DNA of 64,000 nucleotides, from the IMG/VR virus record IMGVR_UViG_3300024255_001771, positions 1-64,000 of that record; one strand, written 5' to 3'. Position numbers and translations under genes: made by a program. Numbering within the stretch: position 1 is the first letter of the stretch; every line of letters begins with the position of its first letter. Below the pieces are notes generated by a model. The model did not search any database. It was not told the DNA's origin and worked only from the letters and a program-made list of their open reading frames with translations. This DNA comes from an uncultured virus (IMG/VR IMGVR_UViG_3300024255_001771) (lineage: Duplodnaviria; Heunggongvirae; Uroviricota; Caudoviricetes). Below are positions 20,101 to 32,100 of this stretch, in pieces.

Positions 20101-23100
20101 AGTACTGAAGGGTTTGTACTAATCATAGCAGAACAAAATGTTGGCGATGAGATTGAAATAGTTGAATGGGAATCAACTGACGGATCCTTTATTCCAGCAA
20201 CACCTACTAAGTTAGGATTATATCCAAAATATGAACCAGCTATTTTTGTAGACGACACTTATCAAGAAGAAACTAAAGTTATACAAGGACATGACGGATC
20301 TATAGTTATTGCATTTGATGATTATAGAGATAACTTGTTATTAGAACTTGAAAAAAGAATCTTTAATAATATTAAGTTTGAGTACAATCAAGAAATATTT
20401 AATATACACGACTATATTCCTGGATATTATAGAAGCACTGGTATTAAGTATGATGACTTTAATGGTTCATTACTAAGCAGTTTTGTTGAATGGCAACAGT
20501 TAGTCGATGCAGATTATACAGATAACTCTTTCTACGATAGAGGTAATCAATTAACGTTTAATTACTCTTATATGAATGCTCCTAATGGTGAAGAACTTCC
20601 AGGTTTTTGGCGCGGCGTATATAGAAAAGCATACGACACTGATCGTCCGCATACACATCCTTGGGAAATGCTTGGTATTACAGTGAAACCTACTTGGTGG
20701 GAAGATACATATGGCAAGGCTCCGTATACAGGAGATAACTTAATTCTTTGGGAAGACATTTCAGAAGGACTAATTAAAGACCCTGCTAATACTAGGCGCG
20801 ATGTAAGATATGCTCGTCCTAATTTATTAAAGCATATCCCAGTTGGTTCTGATGGTAAAATAGTTTCACCCTTGAAAGCAAACTTTGCAAAAAATTATGT
20901 TTCAAGAAATACAAGAAACAAGTTTAAATTTGGTGATGTATCGCCTGTTGAAAATGCTTGGAGACGTAGTAGTGAATATCCGTTTGCTATTATATCTGGA
21001 TTAGTTCTAAATAAACCTAACGAGCTGTTTGGTAGATGTTTTGATCTTTCTAGAATTACTCCAAACCTTGCAGGACAACATGTTTATTCTACTACAGGTA
21101 AATTTATTACATTAGCAGACATACAATTTCCTAACTCTTATAATGGTACTGAAAGAGTTATAACAAGCGGATTAATTAATTATCTATACAGTTATATAAG
21201 TGCTAACGTAAGTTCAATATACCAAGAATATAAAGATGAATTAACAACACTAACAAATCAACTTGGATTTAAGATCGGCGGATTTACTGATAAGTCTAAA
21301 TTTAAGTTAATATTAGATTCACGAACACCATATAATCAAGGTAATGTTTTTGTTCCAGAAGAAAATTACCAAATAATATTTAATACAAGTTCACCTTTAG
21401 AAAACCAAATATATAGTGGTGTAACAATTGAAAAACAATCCGGCGGATTTATTGTAAGAGGATATGCATTTGATACTCCTTACTTTTCATATTACCCTTA
21501 TATTGAGTCTACAGTAGATAGAACAATTATTATCGGCGGCATTAGTGAAACTTTTGAATCTTGGACACCTAATAGAAGATTTACAGAAGGTGCTGTTATA
21601 GAAAATGCAGGCCGTTATTATAGAGTAACAACAGGATTTGAAAGTACAACAGTATTTACAACTGATAATTTAGTTTCAATACCGGAAGTTCCAGTTGAAG
21701 GCGGCAAACGTGCAATTATTAGAAAAACATTTAGTAAAAAAATAAAAAAATTAAATTACGGAACACAACTTAGAACAAGTCAAGATGTTGTAGATTTTCT
21801 TCTAGGATACGGAAAATACTTACAAGATCAAGGTTTTGTTTTTGATACCTTTAATGCTAATACAGACGATGTTGATGACTGGACATACTCATGTAAAGAA
21901 TTTTTATTCTGGACAACACAAAACTGGGCAGCAGGCACAGCAATCAGTTTAAGTCCAGCAGCAAATGTATTACAGTTTAAGAAAGATTATGCAGTAGTTG
22001 ATAATATATTTGATAACTTTTATCCTTATAGTATATTAGATGCAGATGCTCGCCAAATTAATAAAGATTTTGACCATACTATTAGACAACAAAATAGTTT
22101 TGGAATGGTTCTTAAGAATACCGAACAAGGCATATATCAAGCACAACTACCGTTAGTACAAAAAGAGCATGTATGTTTGCTAGATAATACAACACAGTTT
22201 GGAGATACAATCTTCCATCCAGCAACTGGTTATAGGCAAGAACGTATTAAAGTTATAGGATACAGAAGTGACGAATGGGCTGGCGGAATGGATGTTCCAG
22301 GGTTTATTTACGATGACACAAATATCACTGTATGGGATAGTTACAAAGATTACGTAATTGGCGATGTTGTAAAGTATAAAGAGTTTTATTATGTAGCATT
22401 AGTAAACATTCCAGGAAGTGAGTTGTTCCAAACATCTAGTTGGCAAAAACTTGCAGAAAAGCCTGAGTCCCAATTAATGGTAAACTTTGATTATAAAATT
22501 AATCAATTTGCAGACTTTTATGATCTCGATAGTGATAACTTTGATATTGAGCAACAAAAACTTGCACAACATCTTATAGGTTATCAACCAAGAAATTATC
22601 TTGCTAATATTATAAATGATGACGTAAGTCAATATAAATTTTATCAAGGTATGATACAGGACAAAGGTACTGTTAATGCACTTAGCAAATTATTTGATGC
22701 TTTAAATTATGCTGAAAAAGATAGTTTAGAGTTCTTTGAAGAATGGGCTGTACAATTAGGACAATACGGTGCTACTTCTAAGTATAAAGATGTAGACTTT
22801 ATTTTAGACGAATCTAAATTTAGAATTACTCCTCAGCCAATTGAACTAGTAGATATTAAGAATCCTACAAGAAGCGATACAGCAATTGAAATACAGCCAT
22901 ACGAAGTATATTCAAGAGATTCTGAATATCAATCAAAAGTATTTCCTAAAATTGATGATGTAAAAGAATATATTCAGTCAGCTGGTTATGTTAGAACTGA
23001 AGATATAAAGTTTAGAGTTAGAATTAAAGATGATCTACTTAAAATTCAAACTCCGCAAATTACTGTTGGCGATTATGTTTGGGTAACTGATGATAATATT

Positions 23101-26100
23101 AGTTTTGATTATGATTGGAATGTGTACCAGTTAGTTGATACACCTTACAACATTACTAGCATAACACCAGAAGACGAAGGTGCTGACGAAATTACTGGAT
23201 CTACAACTCCTTTTGTTAGAGTTAATACTACAAAATTTGTAGGCGGCGATATAAAGAAAGGTGATGTAGTTGGTATATATGGCGCAGCATCATCAAATCT
23301 TCTAAACTTTTTGTATGTTTCAGAAGTAAGTGTAGACACAATGGTGCTACAATTACCAGACGGAGTTGTAGTATCAGCAATAGAAAATGTAAACTATCTG
23401 GTTGCTAGATTTAGAAGTGTACGAGTAAAAGATATAAATGAGTTGAATACTCTTATCGAAAGTTATAAAGATGAAAACCAAAAAGTTTGGATTGACAAAT
23501 TAGATAAGAGTTGGAGTGTAATTCAAAATACTGAGAATTATGTAGAACAACAGGTTATTTTTAATCCTGCAACTTCTACAGATAACTTTCAAAAATACGG
23601 TGTAGCTCTTTCAGTTAGTGACGACAATAGAAACTTAATGGTATCTGCATCTGATGACAACGATGGCAAAGTTCATTACTATAGAAGATCAGTAGAAACT
23701 AATAACTTAGTATTAACACAGACTATTTTACCACCAGATAATATTAGAGTTAACGATGCAGTGCTTACATTATCACAGTCAGTAAATGTAGTTGCAGGAC
23801 ACAAATTTAAACAAGGAAATTGCACAGCTACTATATCACAAACAACATCTGGTAACACAGTTTATTTAGAAAATGTCCGAGGACAGCTAAATGTAGAAGG
23901 TGCTAACTTGATTTCAGTCAACGGAACAATTGAAACATCATTAGGTAATAATGGTATTTTTGATAGTTTTGTTATAACACAGCGTGATATTAACTTTGGT
24001 AGTGATATAGCAATTTCACCAGACGGCAATTTCTTAGCAGTAGGTACTCCAGACGCAGCAGAAATAAGAACAAGATTTCAAGGTGATTTTGTACCGACAC
24101 AAGAATATAATAAAAATGATGTAATTTCGTTTAGAGAAGGCTTATACAAAGCTAATAGAACTATTATACCTCAGCAACCTAGTGTTGAATTTAATACATT
24201 TAACAGTTATACAGATATTGCAAGTCAAGATGATGCTGATAGTAGTTTAATCAGTTTACTACTTACTGGTAATCCTGGTCTTATTGATAAACCAACTGAT
24301 CACTTCTTAATTAGAGCTCCGAAGACAGCATATCTTGCAACAGAGCCGGGCGACAGTGTAAGCCTTACTTGGAACAGATTTTCTAGAAGTAACCCTACTT
24401 TAGATTTAACATTACCTTGGGACGGCGATAGCGGAACACTTACATATGAAGATATTAGTGATACTCATACTATTGTACAAAAAGTTGACTTAGTAATATA
24501 TGTTGATACGTTTACAATATTACCACAGATAGGAAATTCAGTTACTACTCCAACAGGTAGCGGCGAAGTTTATTACATCGAAACACAAGACGATAGTGTT
24601 GTAATGTACCTAACTAATGTCAACGGTGTGTTTGATGCATTTGGTGATTTATATGTAAATGATGCTGACATAATGGGAACATATAATATACTTGCAGATA
24701 ATGTAATTGACGGACTATCTGGCTTTTGGTTAGTTAATGTTTATTCGGATGCTGAAAAAACAGTAAGTAAAGTTTATGAAAATGGTTCTACATGGATTGA
24801 AATTGGTACAGGTTTAATATATAATGATGTTAAGCGACAAAGTGATAATAGAAATATTTTTGAATACTTTAACTTACAAAATTTAATTAGTAGTATAGGA
24901 AGTTATACAGGTCAACAGCAGCAAGCTGGACAAATTATTAACCTTACATATTTAGGTGACAATGGAAACTTAGCTACTCCTACTACATTTGCTACAGATA
25001 AATTTGTAGTAAGAATGAGTAGCGAGTATCAAAATAAAATTACTGATATAAATGGAAATATATTAATAGATCCTGATACAGGAAACAATGTTAAAGTTAG
25101 ATTACAATTATATGACCTTGACAACTATGTTATTGATGTTGCTTCTGCAGGCTTTACTTTTGAACAATTAAATAAAAAACATACAATAACAGATATTTGG
25201 GATGGATTTATTGATTTTGAATTTACAGAATTCCAAAATGATTTACCATATGAACCGTTAGTTGGCTCGATTGTTACAGATGTACAAACACCGTTTGATG
25301 GTTTTGGCGGACTAAGTTTAAGTACTAGAACTACAAGCCGAGCTGAAGTTGTATTTTATCAAAGAGACTTTAACAAAGTAAGAGTTTATCTTAAAAATAT
25401 ATCAGGCGACTGGTCACAGTTAAACAATATTGGTAGATATGAAATTCGTAGAGAACCTGATGCTACGTTATTCCCAGGACAGCCTGGAAGAGTAATGGGC
25501 AAAATTGATAGTGTGCTTCAAGATGTTGCTATGGGTGGTAATGAAATTGGCGGATTAATGGTCTTTGAAAATACTGACGGTAATTTACCATTAGTATCAT
25601 TACCACCAGTTGCTGAAGATCCAAGTTGGCAGTACAGCAAAATTGTAGACGAAGAATATTGGTTCTATGATGCAGTAGCTCAACAAGGAGCACAAGTTCC
25701 TGCAAACTACCCAGATGCATTTAATAGAGATTATACACAAGTTTATAGTATACCAGTTGACGAATTTGGTCAAGTACAGAATGTTAATGAAGGTACAATA
25801 AGTATCTTTAAATTTAATGGCACTTCAGGATTTAGATACGTAGATAGTTTTGTTAGTGAAAGAGCTAGTGATAATAGAGGGTACGGTACAAAACTTAAAC
25901 TAGTACAATCAGGCTTAGATTATACATTGCTTGTTTCTAGTACATCAGGAACCGGACAACTTGAAATTATTAAACACGGAGTACCTGTTGACAAAGCCGA
26001 TAACTATTTTGGCGAATGGGGACCCCTTAATACATTTGAACAAGGTGTAATAGTTGAGTATCAAGGAGAGTTTTATGAAGCAAAAAGAGATGTACCTCAA

Positions 26101-29100
26101 CTTGAACCTGTAATTGACATAGGAAATACTACTTACTGGAATAGAATAAGTTGGAGATACGGCAAGGACGATGATTATAGAGGATTATTCCAAAACGATC
26201 CTGTACTAGATTATGCACCAGGAGAACTTGTAAAATATGCTGATCCAGATGACGATAGTACACTAAAACTTTATAAAGCAAAAACTAAAGTAGATGGCAC
26301 ACAGCCATTTAGCACTAACGATTGGGAAATAGTTACAGGTGGCGAAGATTATTTAGGTTACTTACCAACAGAAACTAATAACACATTATACGAATCACAA
26401 ATGTTATTTGAATCTAAATGGCCGTTGACACAATTTGCAAAGAGTTTTGATCTAAGCAAAGACGGAAAACTATTAGTAGTATTAAATGAACATTCAGTTG
26501 AAGCTAAAGTAGAGTCAATTGATACTGATGCTGATACTATTACAATTGATTCAACAGCATGGCTTTATATTGGTATGCCAGTTAGAGTTAGAATACCAAA
26601 TGAACTTGATTCATCCAATGCTGCTGCCCAGTCCCCACTAGCTGAAAACCAAACATATTATGTTCATAGTATTCTAAGCGACACAACATTTAGAATCAGT
26701 TCAACATTGTTTGATGATGAAACTGTGCGTGATGCAACTCTAGCAGCTGATACAGCTGATAGTACTTGGGAATACTTAGCACTTGACGAGTATGCTGAAG
26801 GAATCTATATTACTAACTTTACAGTTGATGATACTATTGCTACAATTGGCATTTATAAATTAGACGGTACAAAATATATGTTTAAGCAAATGCTTGAAGA
26901 TACATTAACCAAAGACGGTATATATCATGATATTGCAGTTAGTGATGACGGTAAATTCTTTGCAGTAAGCGAACCGTATAATGATAGTATTAATATTGAT
27001 CAAGGTCGAGTACTAGTATACAAAGAAAATGCAGCAGGTGTGTTTGAACTTTCTCAAACACTGATAAGTCCAAATAACGAACAGTCAGAATTATTTGGAT
27101 TTAACATTGACTTTTCTAAAAATGAAATTGTAATTACAAGCAAAAATGGTGACATTACATCGCCAACTACATTTGATGGAACGATAGTAGGTAATACTGA
27201 ACCAACAACTACATATGATTCAGGATTTACAACGTTTAATAACGTATTGGTTAATAGCGGAGTTGTATATGTATTTGAAAACTTAAATGATAGTTTTGTA
27301 TTTGCAGAAAGATTCAACTACACAGGCGAAACACAAACATTTGGCGAAGTACTTGTTATAAATGACAATCATACATATGTTGGTATGCCAAGAATAGAGA
27401 AAGATACTTACCAAGGCGAAATAATTGACTATAGAAAACCATTTAACAAGTCGGCTTGGAACATAATACGTAGTCCAGTAGATACAGTTGATATCAAATT
27501 AATAGAAGGAATGTTCCTATACAACAAACGTACTAATCAAAAGGTACTAGATTTAGATTATGTTGACATTATACAGGGCAAACTGCCCGGTCCTGCCGAA
27601 CAAGAAATTGATTACAAAGTACCTTATGATCCGGCACGTTATAATGTTACTCCACTTGAAGGAATGTTTGATGAAGGTGATCCATGGGGCGCAAACTATG
27701 TTGGTAGTGTATGGTATGATATTAGTTTAAGTAAATTTATAAATGCTTACCAAGGTGATATAACATTCCAAAAAAACAACTTCAATAAATTGATGCCAGA
27801 CTACGTAGTTTCAGTACACGAATGGGTAGAAAGTGATTATTCACCAGCTAAGTGGGACGAATTAAGTGAAACTGAGATTGGATATCAAGCAGGCATAACA
27901 GGCCAAACAGTTTATTCAGATGCACAGTATACACAAGTTGTTAATTATGATTCGGCAACACAGACTTTTGGTAGTAAGTTCTACTTTTGGGTAACACGTA
28001 AAACAGATGTTCCGAAAAATTCAACGAATAGAAAGCTATCAGTCCTAGATATAGGAAATTTAATACAAAATCCTGCAGGAAATGGTTATAAGCATGTAGC
28101 ACTATTAGCACAAGACAGATTTATTGTTCATAACTGTGACAGTTTATTAAATGATAAAGATATTGTACTAAATGTTAGATGGCTTGCTAATAATGATAGA
28201 GAGCAAAACGTTCATACACAGTATCAAATTATGAGTGACGGTTTAGAAACAAGCAAACTAAATCCAGAAATTGAACAAAAGTGGTTTGATAGCTTAGTTG
28301 GTTATGATGCTCAAATGCGTCAAGTACCTGATCCTAATTTACCAGTTAAATTAAAGTATGGTAACAGATTTAGTCCCCGTCAAGGTATGTTTGTAAACAA
28401 AACTGAAGCACTAAAGCAAGTTATTGAAAGAGTAAACTTAGTATTAGCAGAAAAACTAATTGTTGATGATTTTGATTTATCGCCATTAACATCTTCACAG
28501 TCAATACCAAGCAAATTTACAAATTTATATGACTTTGAAATTGACACAGTTGAAGAATTGCGGTTTATAGGTACAAGTAAAATTGTACAAGCACAGCTTA
28601 CACCAGTTATTTCAAACGGTGCAATTAGATCAGTTGAAATTACAGAGCCAGGAAGAGGATATAAAGATATTAACTTTAATCCTGAGACTGATACTATTAG
28701 AAAAGGTCCTACAGTAGAGATAGTAGGACAAGGTACTGGTGCAGAAATACAAACGTTTATCAATAATTTAGGTCAAGTTACTAGTGTAGAAGTTATTAAT
28801 CAAGGTGAAAATTACACTAATGCAACACGATTACTTGTTAGAAAATTATCAGTACTTGTAATTACAGATTCGACTGTATATGGTAAGTGGTCAATATATG
28901 ATTGGGATAATTCTTCTAAAGAATGGTTTAGAAAACGTGTACAAGAATTTGATACGTCTTTATTTTGGTCATACGCAGATTGGTATGCTAACGGATATAA
29001 TGAATTTACTGATATTGATTATAGTCTACAAGGAACATATGAACTTTACGGCTTGGAAAACAAAATTGGCGATATTGTTAAGATTAGTTCTGTAGGAACA

Positions 29101-32100
29101 GGCGGTTGGCTGTTACTTAGAAAAGTTGCAAACGAAGATACAGAAGACTTTACAATAAATTATGAAACAATTGGTAGACAAAGCGGTACTATTATCTTTG
29201 ATAATTCACTTTATGATTTATTAAACAATAGTTTAGGTTATGATGTAAGAAGTTTTGACAGTTATTTCTATGATAATCAGCCTGTACAAGAATTAAGAAT
29301 TATTCTAAACACTATTAGAGATAATATATTTGTTGATGAATTAGAAATTGAATACAACAACTTATGGTTTGCAAGTTTACGTTATGTATTTTCTGAGCAA
29401 CTATATGTTGACTGGGCATTTAAGACAAGTTTTGTAAAGGCAAAACATAACTTAGGAGTTCTACAGCAGGATATTACATTTAATAACGATACATTACCTA
29501 GTTATGAAGCATATATCAAAGAAGCAAAACCATTTAAAACATCTATACGAGAATTCGTAAGTAACTATGAAGCAATTGACGAGTCAAATAGTAAAATTAG
29601 TGATTTTGATGTTCCTGCATATTATGATACTGTTTCTAAAAAGATAACAGTTCCAATTATAAAGGTAGTTGATGATGTTGTAGTTTCTAATAATACTAAA
29701 CTTAATGAATTTCCTCGCAAGGACTTTACTGATAATGTTGGATATGAAATTACATCAATTGAAATTGCTAATCCAGGAAGTAAGTATACATTTACACCTA
29801 AAATAATAATTGAAGGTGGTGGCGGTTCTGGTGCAACAGCACAAGCATACCTTGGACGTGGCGCAATTACTAAAATTGAAGTTACTAATCCAGGAAGTGG
29901 CTATATATCTGCTCCAACTATTACAATACAAGGTTCGCAAGCATCAGGCGGTATTGAAGCTAGTGCAAGTGTAATAATTGGTAATAGTTTAATTAGAACT
30001 GCATTAATGAAAGTTAAGTTTGACAGAACGTCAGGCAGTATGTATATAATGGATCTTGATACTGCAGAAACATTTGCTGGAACAGGATTCAAGACATCAT
30101 ATAACTTAGAATGGCCAATTGCAAATAATTCTACAAAAGTTAAAATTAGCGTAGATGGTGAAGAAGCATTAAGAAGTGAATATACATATTACAATAAAGA
30201 AAATAATGATAAGTCGTATACAAGATTACAAGGCGTAATTGACTTCACTACACCACCTAGTAACTTAGCAGTAATAACTGTCGAATACGAAAAAAGTGTT
30301 GACATGTTACATGCACAAGATAGAGTAAACTTTTTCTATAATCCTACTTCAGGAATGTTAGGTAAAGAACTTAACCAATTAATGGACGGCATTGATTATG
30401 GTGGTGTTCAGGTACGTAGTTTTGAATTTACTGGTCCAAGTGGATGGGATAGTGATTCTTGGTACTCAACAACTTGGGACTCATATATTAATACATTTGA
30501 AGATGAAGTGTTTATATTTGATGGATCTACTATTAGTATAAAGCTAGGACAGCCATTAGAAGCAGCAACTAACTACAATGTTTATGTAAGACTTCTTGGC
30601 GAAACAGAATATACAAGAATAGATGGTGCTAGTCCTGATAGTTCAGATACAACATACGACGGACCATGGATAGAAACACTTATCGGCGATGGTACTACTG
30701 ATATAATTGAGTTAGATGAACTAGGTATTACTGTAAAAGATGGTGATAGTATCATTATAAGAAAAGAAACTAGTGACGGAAGTTTTGAACCAGATGATCT
30801 TAGCTTTGACACTGCATTAAGCGGCGGCGACTTAGCATATTCAACTGCAAAAGGTATTGCAGCAGAAGAAATTATTATAGACGGTGATGGATTTGTTACC
30901 CCAACAACATCAAAAGGTACAGAAGAGTTAGTTCCAGGACAGTTAATTGATAGTTTAGACATACAAGTATACGAAAGAGAAACTGGCGGTCAAGGCATGA
31001 TATATGCACAAACATTTGTGTTGGGTGCTAACGATACTGAGTTTGATCTTAAGATTATTCCAGCAAGTGTTGATTCTATTCTTGTAAAACTTGATAATAC
31101 ATTGTTAAGCCCAAGTGAATATACTATTGATTGGACAAATAATAAATTAGTACTTGATAGTGCAAACTTAGCAGTTAATCAAGTATTAAGTGTTGTTGCA
31201 GTAGGAACTGGACAACAAAATGTACTCGATACAGGACGTTTTGTTGCAACAGGCGACACAGCTGATTATTTAACTGCTGTTAAGCACCAAGAAAGTATGT
31301 CAGCATATGTTACAATAAATGGCATAAAGCAAGATATAATTCTAATAGAAGCTGATGACAGTTTTCCAAACTTTGGCGGCAATACTGTAATACGTTTTGA
31401 ATCTGAACCTAGCACAGGTGCATTAATTGATTATGTAATATTTGCAGATGACACTATTATTAATGTAAGTCAAATGGCAAGATCAAGTCTAATAGGTGAT
31501 GGCAGCACAGTATCGTTTACATTACCTTCTACACCATTATATCAAACACCATTAGAATACAAGATGCTTGTAAAAGTAGGCAATAAAGTATTGAATCCGG
31601 GTTATAATGCAGAATTTACAATTCCACAAGATAGACAACGTCAATATCAATTAGAATTATTCCAAAAACCAGGCGGTAGTATTTCGAATGTTGAAAACAA
31701 TGTTAAACCATTTATTAACGGCAAAGCAATTACTTTCCCTAATCAATGGGTATTTGATAGTAGTAACAGTATTATTGAATTACAACCTGGAGTTGGAAAA
31801 CCAGGTGATATACTAGAAGTTTATATTGTAGGTGACGGTGAGTACACAATAACAAACAATGTTATTACATTTGTAGATACACCAGGATATGATGTTAGTA
31901 TAGAATTAATTACATTTACTAACCATGATATACTAAATTCTGAGCGTATAAATTATGAAGTTGCTGCTAGAAGTTTACTTACAGCAGGATCTAAAGAGTA
32001 TTCTACATATCATAGACTAACAACAGGTGAAATTCTATTACGCAAACCTGTAATAGATGCACAATATGTTTGGATAAGTGTAAACGGAGAATTGCTAATA

